A program made the translations under genes and the position numbers. Positions 17,948 to 27,198 of a DNA stretch of 64,000 nt are shown piece after piece. Positions within the stretch are counted from its first letter, which is position 1. Each line of letters opens with the position of its first letter. The stretch spans positions 3,296,001 to 3,360,000 of the forward strand of contig OY771506.1 of NCBI GenBank assembly GCA_963674705.1, read 5' to 3'. The stretch comes from Phycisphaeraceae bacterium. Its GTDB lineage: Bacteria; Planctomycetota; Phycisphaerae; Phycisphaerales; Phycisphaeraceae. Under the pieces are notes generated by a model. It was not told where the DNA came from. It saw nothing but the letters and a program-made list of their open reading frames with translations, and ran no database searches.

Positions 17948-20900
17948 ATGACAGCCATCACCATCATTATCCTTATCTACTTTGCCGTACTGGTCGGCTT
18001 GACCCTCTTCTTCTCGGTCAAGGAAAGCCAGCTTTGGAAGTCCACACTTATCGTGCTGGTGCTGTCGTTGTTCGGCATGGCGCTGTACTTCCCCGGCGCG
18101 GACGGCTACACCCCGAAGGATCGCCTGATCCCCGGCCTTGACCTGAAGGGCGGCACGACGCTGGTCTACGACGTCAAGGTTCCCGTGGACAGTGACGCGG
18201 AGCGCGTGATCGATGAAACGATCGCGATCCTTTCCAAGCGTGTGGACCCGACCGGCACACGTAACCTTGTCTGGCGACAGGTCGCGGGCAGCCGGCTTGA
18301 GGTGCAGATGCCCTTGCCGGACCCGGAAACGATCCGCCGACGCGACGTGTATCAGGAAGCCAAGACGGCGGTGCTGACCGGCAACATCTCCGAGCAGGAA
18401 CTGGATGCGAAGCTACGATCCAGCGGGGATCAGCGGGAAGCGGACCTGCGTGCGATGGCCGGGGATAACGCGGAGCTGGCCTCGGCGATTGAAAAGCTCA
18501 CGGAGGCCTATGACATCCTGAACTCTGCGGCTGATCAAAACCAGGCGGCCCAGGAAGCCTACGACAACGCAGAAGCGGCGATCAAGGCGTTGCCGGCGAC
18601 CGCCAGCGAGGCAGAGATCGCCAAGGCCCGTGCCACTGCCGACGACTTGCGTAAGGAACTGCAGGACAAGGCCCTGACCTACCTGGATGCCAAAGACATC
18701 TACGATGCAGCAAAGAAGGCGGTGCTGGATCAGAACATCACCGAATTGGAGTTAGACCGTATTGAGGAGCTGCCGCTGCCGGACGATCCGACAGCTGTGG
18801 GGGTTGAGAATCTGCGTCGCAATGCGACGGATGAACTGATTGCTGAATGCCCGAACAAGAAGGACGCGATCAACGCCTGGTACGATGCGTATGCGGCGTA
18901 CGAATCGAAGAAGGGCCAACTCGACGACCCGGAAGACCTGATCAAGCTGCTACAAGGCTCGGGTGTGCTGGAGTTCCGCATTGTGCCACGGACGGACGAC
19001 CCGGGGCTTGATGTCGAATCTTACGTAGAGCAATTAGAAGAATTGGGTCCACGTGCCGGCCGCGATCGTGCCTGGGTCTGGAGCGAGATCGACGATCTGA
19101 GCAAGTACGTTGATAATGCTGAACAACTCGCGAAGGCGAAGGCAAATCCTGCAACTTACTTTGCCGGCCTGAGTTACCCGCAGATCGTACGACAATATGC
19201 GGACAAGTATTACATCCTGCTGGCCAACGTGCCGAGCATGGCGATGACGCAGGACCAGGACTGGGCGCTGAAGGGTGCCAAGGAATCGCGTGACCAGTTC
19301 GGCTATCCGTCAGTGGCGTTCTCACTCAATGCGTTAGGCGCCGAGCGGATGAGTCAGATCACCGGGCCGAACGTCGGCAAGCCGATGTCGATCCTGCTGG
19401 ACGGCAAGGTCATCTCCAGCCCCATATTGCGGAGCAAGATCTCCGCAGGCGGTGAAATCAGCGGCGGCAGCGGCGGCTTCTCTCCGGATGAACTGAGCTA
19501 TTTAGTCCGCACGCTCAAGGCCGGTTCGCTTGAAGGTGAACTGAGCAAACGCCCGATCAGTCAGAAGACGATCGGGCCCAAGTTCGGGCAGGACAACATC
19601 AACAAGGGTTATGAATCGGCACGCGATGCACTGATCATCGTGGCGCTGTTCATGCTGGTGTATTACCTGTTTGCCGGGCTTGTCGCAGACTTCGCCCTGA
19701 TCGCGAACATGGTCTTGATCCTGGGCGTGATGGCGGCGCTGCGGTCGACGTTTACCCTGCCCGGTATCGCCGGTATCGTGTTGACGATCGGTATGGCGGT
19801 GGACGCGAACGTGCTGATCTTCGAGCGTATCCGTGAAGAATCCGAACGTGGGGCGGACCTGGCGACCAGTGTCCGGCTGGGTTTTGAAAAGGCGCTATCG
19901 ACCATTCTCGACGCCAACATCACGACGCTGATCACCTGTCTTGTGCTTGGCTACACGGCGACAGTGGAAATCAAGGGCTTCGCGGTGACGCTGGGCATCG
20001 GCATCCTGGCGACGCTGTTCACAGCCCTGTTCTGCTCACGTGTGTTGATCGAGCTTTACCTGGTCTTTGGTAAGGCCAAGAAGCTGCACATGCTGCCGAC
20101 GCTCATCCCGGCGATCGGTAGATTGTTCTCACCCAAGATCAACTGGATCGGCCTTCGGTATATCTTCTTTATCTTCAGCGCAACACTAATCATTCTGGGC
20201 ATGGTGGCTGTTTACGAACGCGGTCAGGACATGCTCGATATCGAGTTCCGTGCCGGCACAAAGGTCAGTTTCGAGCTGGCGGAAGGCAAGCAGTTGGCAC
20301 TGCCCGAAGCCCGTACGCGATTACGGGCCTACGGCGAAGCCGGTCGTCTGATCCAGGAAGGCAAGCCCGCGACGCCTGAATTGCAGGACGTCTACCAGGC
20401 GCTCGAGCCGATCGTGGAAGCTGCTAACCGAAGGTATGAAGAGCAGATGAAGCGGTACGAAGAGGCCCACAACGACCCGACCATCCGCAACATCGCGTTG
20501 CCGACGAAGGTTGACTTCACGCTGTTTATCAACGCGGCGGACGGTGGCATCATCACGGAAGGTAAAACCGAGATGAATGCGCAAGGCACCGTGATGGCGA
20601 CGGGCTTCGATGTCTCCACGCTGATCGAGGATTCACAGGTTGTCAGTGCGGTGATCAAGGCGGCTTACTCGGATGTGCTGGATACGACCCGGCCGATCGA
20701 GTTTGCCTCTATCGAGGTCGATGAGGTCAACCTCGCGCCGGCGTACCCGATCCGCACGGCGGTGCTGGGTGAAAATATCAGCAGGCCCGGCGATGTGCGG
20801 ACGAATGTGTCTGAGTACATCGGTGGTGTTGCGATCGTGATGGACGATTTGAGCCCGCGCGTTACGCAGGATGACCTGTCGGAGCGCGTTAAGCGTATGC

Positions 20901-21748
20901 GTTCGCTGCCTGCTTACGAAGAATATGGCGGCCGTGAGTGGCGCGTCATCGGGATCGACGCCGAAGGCACGAATGATAAGGGTGAAACGCTCTATCGCTC
21001 CGCTGTGATGGTCAGCCACGATCAGCAGACCAACTATGTCGAATCGCCGGAAGATTTTGGTGAAGCCAACGGCTTGGCGAATACGGAGTGGCAGATCGCC
21101 CGTGACGCCTGCCAGCGAGATACGAGCCTCGGCAGTGTGTCCAACTTCTCCAGCCAGGTCTCCGGGACGATGAAACAGCAGGCCATCGTCGCGATGGGGC
21201 TGTCCCTGCTGGCGGTCGTGGTCTACATCTGGTTCCGGTTCGGCAGCTTCACCTACGGCCTTGCTGCGATTATCGCGCTCGTACACGACGTGACGATCTC
21301 CATGGGCCTGGTTGCGGTCAGCGGCTGGATTTACCAGGCCATGCCGGGTGCTTTGATGATCGAACCGTTTAAGATTGACCTGGCGATGGTCGCCGCTTTC
21401 CTGACGATCGTCGGTTATTCGCTGAACGACACGATCGTGGTGTTCGACCGTATCCGTGAGAACCGTGGCCGATTGTCGTATGCGACGCCTTCGGTGATCA
21501 ACGACTCGATCAACCAGACGATCAGCCGAACGGTGCTGACCTCCGGCACAACGCTGCTGGCGGTCTGGATGCTCTACGTCTTTGGCGGTGCGGGCGTGCA
21601 CGGCTTCGCCTTCGCGATGCTCGTGGGTGTGATGATCGGTACCTACAGCTCGATCGCGATCGCCAGCCCGATCCTGATGTTCGGCGGATCAAGGCACGTG
21701 CAGAAAGACACACCCGGCAACACCACTCCTGCAGTGACTGGCAAGTAA
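17948..21748 (+). CDS. secDF: fused SecD/SecF protein translocase subunit with enlarged periplasmic domains
   Basis: GLDLKGG; TLPGIAGIVLTIGMAVDANVLIFERIREE; DIEFRAGT; HDV; LTIVGYSLNDTIVVFDRIREN; GTYSSIAIASP. Confidence 0.96.
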   Translation: MTAITIIILIYFAVLVGLTLFFSVKESQLWKSTLIVLVLSLFGMALYFPGADGYTPKDRLIPGLDLKGGTTLVYDVKVPVDSDAERVIDETIAILSKRVDPTGTRNLVWRQVAGSRLEVQMPLPDPETIRRRDVYQEAKTAVLTGNISEQELDAKLRSSGDQREADLRAMAGDNAELASAIEKLTEAYDILNSAADQNQAAQEAYDNAEAAIKALPATASEAEIAKARATADDLRKELQDKALTYLDAKDIYDAAKKAVLDQNITELELDRIEELPLPDDPTAVGVENLRRNATDELIAECPNKKDAINAWYDAYAAYESKKGQLDDPEDLIKLLQGSGVLEFRIVPRTDDPGLDVESYVEQLEELGPRAGRDRAWVWSEIDDLSKYVDNAEQLAKAKANPATYFAGLSYPQIVRQYADKYYILLANVPSMAMTQDQDWALKGAKESRDQFGYPSVAFSLNALGAERMSQITGPNVGKPMSILLDGKVISSPILRSKISAGGEISGGSGGFSPDELSYLVRTLKAGSLEGELSKRPISQKTIGPKFGQDNINKGYESARDALIIVALFMLVYYLFAGLVADFALIANMVLILGVMAALRSTFTLPGIAGIVLTIGMAVDANVLIFERIREESERGADLATSVRLGFEKALSTILDANITTLITCLVLGYTATVEIKGFAVTLGIGILATLFTALFCSRVLIELYLVFGKAKKLHMLPTLIPAIGRLFSPKINWIGLRYIFFIFSATLIILGMVAVYERGQDMLDIEFRAGTKVSFELAEGKQLALPEARTRLRAYGEAGRLIQEGKPATPELQDVYQALEPIVEAANRRYEEQMKRYEEAHNDPTIRNIALPTKVDFTLFINAADGGIITEGKTEMNAQGTVMATGFDVSTLIEDSQVVSAVIKAAYSDVLDTTRPIEFASIEVDEVNLAPAYPIRTAVLGENISRPGDVRTNVSEYIGGVAIVMDDLSPRVTQDDLSERVKRMRSLPAYEEYGGREWRVIGIDAEGTNDKGETLYRSAVMVSHDQQTNYVESPEDFGEANGLANTEWQIARDACQRDTSLGSVSNFSSQVSGTMKQQAIVAMGLSLLAVVVYIWFRFGSFTYGLAAIIALVHDVTISMGLVAVSGWIYQAMPGALMIEPFKIDLAMVAAFLTIVGYSLNDTIVVFDRIRENRGRLSYATPSVINDSINQTISRTVLTSGTTLLAVWMLYVFGGAGVHGFAFAMLVGVMIGTYSSIAIASPILMFGGSRHVQKDTPGNTTPAVTGK

Positions 21749-21777
21749 TTCGCATAGTACAACTTGAACCACTTCAT

Positions 21778-21805
21778 AACCCCACCCGGAAGGGTGGGGT
21801 TTTTC
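21778..21805 (+). terminator. intrinsic terminator after secDF
   Basis: aaccccaccc-ggaa-gggtggggtt followed by a T run. Confidence 0.8.
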
Positions 21806-21869
21806 GTTGCATACGCCGATAAGGGTGGGGTTTTTGAGCGATTCGCATGATTTGTGGCCGCACCGATTC

Positions 21870-21947
21870 TCGTCATCTCCGCGCAGGCGGGGACCTACGT
21901 ACAGCGATTCATTAGGCGCGTGGATACCCGCGTGCGCGGGTATGACG
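21870..21947. repeat. REP doublet (GTCAT..CCGCGCAGGCGGG family)
   Basis: cgtcatctccgcgcaggcggggacc ... ggatacccgcgtgcgcgggtatgacg, in inverted orientation. Confidence 0.75.
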
Positions 21948-22065
21948 GTCATAAATGATGTGAATCGCGCTAGAGACACGCGTTGATTTGATCGCATCGC
22001 CCGGCACAGTGACCTGAGCCCGCCCCGGCTCTCGGCGCGGTTCAGCCACCACGGCGTCCGGATGA

Positions 22066-22096
22066 AGACATCTAATATAAGTTATATTAGATGTCT
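22066..22096. repeat. perfect AT-rich palindrome
   Basis: agacatctaatataa-g-ttatattagatgtct: 15-bp arms, 1-nt spacer. Confidence 0.8.
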
Positions 22097-22318
22097 CCGG
22101 TGCCGGTGTTCAGGGGCGCGGGGCAAGGCAAATGCAGGACAACTTTGCCGCCGCCCCTGCGGGGCGGATTCGATATAAACACCACTCGATATCCAAGAGT
22201 TTCGCTGCGCTGTACTCGTGGCTACATGCCGTTAGCCCTTCAGGGCATTCGTTTTTGCGGCAGTTGGATTAGCTTCTGACATTCCGTACCTGCTGATCTT
22301 CGTATCAACAAATACGCT

Positions 22319-22395
22319 CTAACGGCTAACGGCTAACGGCTAACGGCTAATGGCTAATGGCTAATGGCTAATGGCTAGCGGCTAACGGCTAACGG
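22319..22395. repeat. (CTAAYGG)11 heptamer tandem repeat containing the rsmJ stop codon
   Basis: 4x ctaacgg, 4x ctaatgg, ctagcgg, 2x ctaacgg. Confidence 0.95.
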
Positions 22396-23240
22396 CTTGC
22401 CCCCGTCACATACACATCAAACCGTAGACTCTTGCCTTTATGGACAACCGTGGGCTGCGGGCCGGCTAAAGCGGGGGATCTTAGCGGGCGCTTGACGACG
22501 ACGCGTTTGCTTGCGGATGTCAATGCACCCGCCAGCAGGTCGTCCGCATCGGTGTCATCACCGCTGTACATCCGCAGCACGCGCATCGCCTTGCGTTCGG
22601 CTGTTTTACGACCCAAAGGAAACATCGGGTCCAGGTAGACGACGTCCACCGGATTGTTGTGAGTTTCGTTAGCGGATTCGCGAAGGATATCCAAGGCGTT
22701 ACCCGGTAAGACTGTTATACGTTTGGCGATATCCGGCCGTGTTTGTCGGGCACGGCGCAGGCCGTTCTTCAACAGGTAGAGCGTCAACGGCTGGCGTTCG
22801 TAGCCGGTGACCTTACAGCCCAGTGATGCGAGGATCCAGGTGTCTTCGCCTAATCCGACAGTGGCATCCAGCACAGTGGGCCTGTAGTGACTTCCTTTTT
22901 TAATCCCGACGGCTTTGATCAATGGTTGTTTAAGGCTTCGGCCCGGGCCTGATTCGGTGTCGATAGCGGTGAGGTCGCAGTAGATTGGATGACCGCCAAC
23001 GATCGATTTATCGCCGCTCAAAACGTGCAGTTCCGCGCGTTCATTCGTCTGGACAAGGGCGAGACCGAATTCATCTGATTCCGGGATGTGATCGAAAACA
23101 GGAGCGTTATAGTCAGACGCCAGCGTCCGGGCGCGCATGGCATGATCCGGATCATCGGTCTGGATGACCACACACAACCCGGAGATCGGATCGGGCAAAT
23201 AAGGATCGCGTTCAGCCATACCAGAGCTTACCGCAATCAT
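22389..23240 (-). CDS. rsmJ: 16S rRNA m2G1516 methyltransferase RsmJ-like SAM-dependent methyltransferase
   Basis: L.KAVG.K...PTVLDATVGLGED...LASLGC.V; DVVYLDPMFP; KRVVVKRP; RFDVY. Confidence 0.85.
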   Translation of the reverse strand: MIAVSSGMAERDPYLPDPISGLCVVIQTDDPDHAMRARTLASDYNAPVFDHIPESDEFGLALVQTNERAELHVLSGDKSIVGGHPIYCDLTAIDTESGPGRSLKQPLIKAVGIKKGSHYRPTVLDATVGLGEDTWILASLGCKVTGYERQPLTLYLLKNGLRRARQTRPDIAKRITVLPGNALDILRESANETHNNPVDVVYLDPMFPLGRKTAERKAMRVLRMYSGDDTDADDLLAGALTSASKRVVVKRPLRSPALAGPQPTVVHKGKSLRFDVYVTGASR

Positions 23241-23252
23241 CTGTGGCCGGCA

Positions 23253-24170
23253 TCAGTCACTTCTTGCGGCTTCGATCTCGCTGACCTGCTGTTCGTAACG
23301 GGTGCGGTTGGTTCGGCTATCCATCAGGACCATCACACGCTCGTGATGCTGCTTGGGGATCCCATCGTAGATCATCTTGCGGGCTTCTACGATGTGTGTC
23401 CGGCGGGAGAGGTGCGTGAGGATGACGGCTTCGGCCTTGGAGGCTTCGAGAAGCTGGATGATGTGCTCCAGGTGCAGGTGCTTACCGACGTCCGCACGGT
23501 CACGGTGGCCCGGATCGAGGAACGTACATTCCGTGATCAGGATCTTGGCGTTCAGGACGTCCGGCCGATCGAAGTGCTCGCCCCACATCGTGTCGCCCGT
23601 GAAGCAGACCAGCGGGATCTCGTTGATCCTCGTGATCTCGACGCCTTTCTCTTTGAGTTCGACGAGTTTGGCTTGTTCCAGACCGACGTATTCTTCGCGG
23701 AGCTTGCTGCGTTTTTCGATCGCGACGTAGCCTAGGGAGGGCACGGTATGCCGGGTGGCGAAACCGCGCAGCACGATGTTGTTCTTGATCTCGTGTTCCT
23801 GGTCCGGCTCGAGCGGGACGATGTTGTAAGGGGTGCGCTGCGCTTCGAGATCGACCCAGGCGTTCATGACGTTGTGGATCGGCTTTTCCAAGGAGGGGTG
23901 GCAGATCACGGTGCCTGTGCCGACGCCCTGGAAGTGGCGTTGCGAGAAGTAGTACGCCAGGCCGGCTGAGTGGTCCATATGCCCGTGGGTGAGCGCGACA
24001 AAGTCGCTGCTGAGCACCGCGCGGGGCGAACGTCCGATGTCAAAGCAGACACCGAGTTCCGGCACCTGGACGAAGGTTTCTTCGCCGGCGATGGAGATGC
24101 CCTGAACGCGGTAGGGGTGGACGTAAAGGAAACCCAGTTGAGGCCTGCGTGGTGGGGGATTGGGGATCAT
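23253..24170 (-). CDS. MBL-fold hydrolase, short (TM-type) tRNase Z-like
   Basis: QGISIAGEET; THGHMDH; H.VPSLGY; KLREEYVGL; FTGDT; ECTF; HLH; LTHLSRR. Confidence 0.8.
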   Translation of the reverse strand: MIPNPPPRRPQLGFLYVHPYRVQGISIAGEETFVQVPELGVCFDIGRSPRAVLSSDFVALTHGHMDHSAGLAYYFSQRHFQGVGTGTVICHPSLEKPIHNVMNAWVDLEAQRTPYNIVPLEPDQEHEIKNNIVLRGFATRHTVPSLGYVAIEKRSKLREEYVGLEQAKLVELKEKGVEITRINEIPLVCFTGDTMWGEHFDRPDVLNAKILITECTFLDPGHRDRADVGKHLHLEHIIQLLEASKAEAVILTHLSRRTHIVEARKMIYDGIPKQHHERVMVLMDSRTNRTRYEQQVSEIEAARSD

Positions 24171-24471
24171 GCTTTGGCTCCGCCAGTGCGTGAATGAGGA
24201 TACAGCATCAGCACACGACGGCGTAGAGCAAAAAATGCCGAAAGCCGCCCAGAAAACCGGTCGGATGGGTTTTCACCCACCTCTGTTGCCAAGGGTTACA
24301 ATGCCCTAATGCACGCATATCACGAGTGTGTGCAGACTCGTGACGACCCGTTACCCGGCCATGACGCCGAGTTAGCGTATCGTTAGTATGTCCAGCGATG
24401 ACGCTCAGGTCAAACAGCACCTGTGGCGAGCGATCCGAAACCGTTATTCTAGCAAGTTTGCTATATCACTT

Positions 24472-25281
24472 ATGACTAAAGCCATTTGCCCCGCATTAGC
24501 TGATATCTCTAAACCGATCATCGGGATGCTCCACCTGCCCGCGTTGCCCGGCAGCCCCGGATACGGTGGGGATATGCAGGCGGTTCGTGAGCACGTCTTG
24601 CGTGATGCCCAAACGCTGCAGGCCGGCGGGGTCCACGCCCTGATGCTCGAGAACTTCGGCGACGCCCCGTTCTTTCCCGATAACGTGCCGACGCATACCG
24701 TCACGCACATGACCGCGTTGGCGTTGGCTGTCCGTCAGCGGTTTGATCTGCCGTTAGGCATCAACGTGCTGCGTAACGATGCCCTCTCAGCGATGGCGGT
24801 CGCTCAGGCTGTGGGGGCCGACTATATCCGTGTGAATGTGCTGTCCGGCTCCTACGTGACAGACCAGGGCGTCATCACCGGCCAGGCGGCGAAGCTGTCT
24901 CGTTACCGCAAGGAAGTGGCTGCGGATAATGTAAAAATCTTCGCGGATGTGCGGGTCAAGCACGCTGCACCCCTGGCTGAGCGACCGATCGAGCAGGAGG
25001 CTGAGGAGTTGATTGAGCGCGCCGGCGCCGATGCTTTGATCGTCTCGGGCACGGGCACGGGTAAGCCGACTGATCCGCAACGCATCGCACAGATTCGTAA
25101 GGCCTGCCCGGAAGCACCGATCCTCATCGGAAGCGGCGCTACACCGCAAACGTTGGCGACATTGGCGGTTGATGCCGACGGCTTTATCGTTGGCAGCTAC
25201 TTCAAGTCCGGCGGCGTGATCAACAAGCCTGTGGATAAGGATCTGATTGCTGAATTGATGAGAGCGTGGCGTGATCTTTAA
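24472..25281 (+). CDS. BtpA/SgcQ family TIM-barrel protein
   Basis: IGMLHLPALPGSP; LENFGDAPF; GINVLRND; ADVRVKH; ADALIVSG..TG; IGSG; DG.IVGS.FK. Confidence 0.92.
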   Translation: MTKAICPALADISKPIIGMLHLPALPGSPGYGGDMQAVREHVLRDAQTLQAGGVHALMLENFGDAPFFPDNVPTHTVTHMTALALAVRQRFDLPLGINVLRNDALSAMAVAQAVGADYIRVNVLSGSYVTDQGVITGQAAKLSRYRKEVAADNVKIFADVRVKHAAPLAERPIEQEAEELIERAGADALIVSGTGTGKPTDPQRIAQIRKACPEAPILIGSGATPQTLATLAVDADGFIVGSYFKSGGVINKPVDKDLIAELMRAWRDL

Positions 25282-25460
25282 TGCAGCGATATACCGTTAG
25301 GAGTTCCGTACCCACTTTTTCATGTTAAACCCAGTCTGTCACGCTGTTAGTGTCGGAAACAGCCGGATGTGGTACCGCCCATTTTGCCTAAATTACCATA
25401 ATTAAAAGCGAATTTTTTAATGAATATTCTATGAAAATAGATTTGACATTTAAAAAACCC

Positions 25461-25489
25461 TTGACAGTTAGGCGGTAGTCAACTACAAA
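25461..25489 (+). promoter_or_regulatory. putative sigma70 promoter in an AT-rich region upstream of the PEP-CTERM cluster
   Basis: TTGACA (25461-66), 17 nt, TACAAA (25484-89); a second TTGACA at 25443. Confidence 0.45.
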
Positions 25490-25657
25490 GGAGATCATAT
25501 TGGGCAATTTGTTCTGGGTGATGTTCTTTCCCTGGGCCCAAAAAAGCCTTGTTTTATAGGTTAAAAACGGAGTCTGGAGAAAGTTCAAAAGGGAAACCTA
25601 GGATCCATACATCAAATTCTTGATGACGGTCCAGGAAAATGGAGAGGAGAAAGGACC

Positions 25658-26278
25658 ATGGGAGTAGTTAAGGACTTCATGCGAGCGACACGGACGGCCG
25701 GGCTCGCCCTGGGTATCGCATGTGCCCTGTCAGCCGCTGGTTCGGCACAGGCTGGGGTGCTCAACGGTCACGCCGGTGCCTTCGATGACGGCACCGATGT
25801 GTGGACCGGCAGCAGCTCGTTCAGCAACGCGTCCGGCCTGTCCGGCACCGTTGACTGGGTCGTCTTCGATCGTAACGACTTCCCCTATTCGGGCTATACC
25901 CCGACAGCCGGTGAATTCGTCTACGCCTTCCAGATCTATTCAACGGGTTCGGCTGCGATCCACTCGCTGACGCTCGACGATCCGAATGCGGCCGCGAACA
26001 ACATCGGTTCATTCGCCGACCTGACCGGTGAAGCGCCGACCTCGGCGGTGATCGGTTCCCAGATCGAATGGAACTTTGCCGGCCTTGATGCCGGTGAGAA
26101 CTCGATCGGTTTGGCGTTCTCGTCGAACAACCTGCCGACCAATCTTTTCGGCGTCGTCGTCAATGGTGGCAGCTTCGCGGTTGCGGTTCCGTTGCCGGTT
26201 CCCAGCCCGATCGTTCCTGAACCCGCCTCGCTGGCGTTGTTCGGTCTCGGTGCTGTGTTGATGCTCCGTCGGTCCTGA
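25658..26278 (+). CDS. PEP-CTERM surface protein
   Basis: SD AAGGA; signal peptide ending AQA-G; VPEPASLALFGLGAVLMLRRS. Confidence 0.9.
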   Translation: MGVVKDFMRATRTAGLALGIACALSAAGSAQAGVLNGHAGAFDDGTDVWTGSSSFSNASGLSGTVDWVVFDRNDFPYSGYTPTAGEFVYAFQIYSTGSAAIHSLTLDDPNAAANNIGSFADLTGEAPTSAVIGSQIEWNFAGLDAGENSIGLAFSSNNLPTNLFGVVVNGGSFAVAVPLPVPSPIVPEPASLALFGLGAVLMLRRS

Positions 26279-26473
26279 TAGGCGTGTCGCCTCTCAGGTG
26301 CAGTAAATAGCCATCGGCTTACTGTGTAGTTGCCGATGCGCAGCAGGCGACAGGATGACCTGGACGCTGAGGGGAAGTTTTTGCCAAGGCGCAATGTAGT
26401 CATTAGTCACTGCAAGCGTGTGTCATGCGAAAACTATGAGTCAGAAAACTCATTAGAATCAGGGAGAACTAGG

Positions 26474-27121
26474 ATGTTTATTCGAGCGTCGTCAAGGATA
26501 GGCGTTGCAGGGCTGGCCGTCGCTGCTTTCATGGCTTCTGGGCTCGACGCTCATGCCGGCTTGCTTTCGAGCAGCAGTGGTGGGGCGATGCCCGGTTACA
26601 CGGGGTCGATCGTCTTCAGTGGTGATTCATTGACAGACATCGGCTTTGCCGGCTACACCGTTTCCGCCAATGTCGATTACGCGGTCTTCGCCCCCGGCAC
26701 GTTCGATGCCGCTTTCCCGGGACAAGACCCCAGCGGTGGTACGGAATACGTCTACGCCTACCAGATCGATAATCTCGATACCGATATCAGCAAGTTTACG
26801 GTTGGTCTTGACGGCGATGAACCCCTGGGCACCATTGGGTTCGTGTCGGCAATCGGCTTGGTTGATCCGACAGCCTCCAGCTTCATTGGGGCCGGACCGA
26901 CCTCGGCCGCGTGGGACTATACCGCTCCCGGTGCATTGACCAATGGCAACAGCAGCGCGGTTCTGATCTTCACCAGTGCTGCGGCTCCTGAGCGGGATAC
27001 CGCCACGGTTGCTGCGGACTGGTCGAATACGCAATACCTGCCGAGCCCGGCTCCCGAGCCGGCTTCCCTGGCACTGCTGGCCTTGGGTCTGGGTGTGATC
27101 GGTGTGCGTCGCGTACATTAA
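26474..27121 (+). CDS. PEP-CTERM surface protein, paralogue of 25658..26278
   Basis: SD GGGAG then ATG at 26474; shared VD(W/Y).VF...(F/Y)VYA(F/Y)QI motif; APEPASLALLALGLGVIGVRR. Confidence 0.88.
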   Translation: MFIRASSRIGVAGLAVAAFMASGLDAHAGLLSSSSGGAMPGYTGSIVFSGDSLTDIGFAGYTVSANVDYAVFAPGTFDAAFPGQDPSGGTEYVYAYQIDNLDTDISKFTVGLDGDEPLGTIGFVSAIGLVDPTASSFIGAGPTSAAWDYTAPGALTNGNSSAVLIFTSAAAPERDTATVAADWSNTQYLPSPAPEPASLALLALGLGVIGVRRVH

Positions 27122-27198
27122 TCGAGCGTGAAATCTTTCCAAAGCTCTCCCCTCGCTCGAACGGATTGGTAAAATAACAATCCGACAACTGGCTCTAT

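Noticed and set aside
22066..22096. Palindrome as a dif or attC site
   Set aside because: No XerC/XerD arms around a 6-bp spacer, and no RYYYAAC/GTTRRRY boxes.
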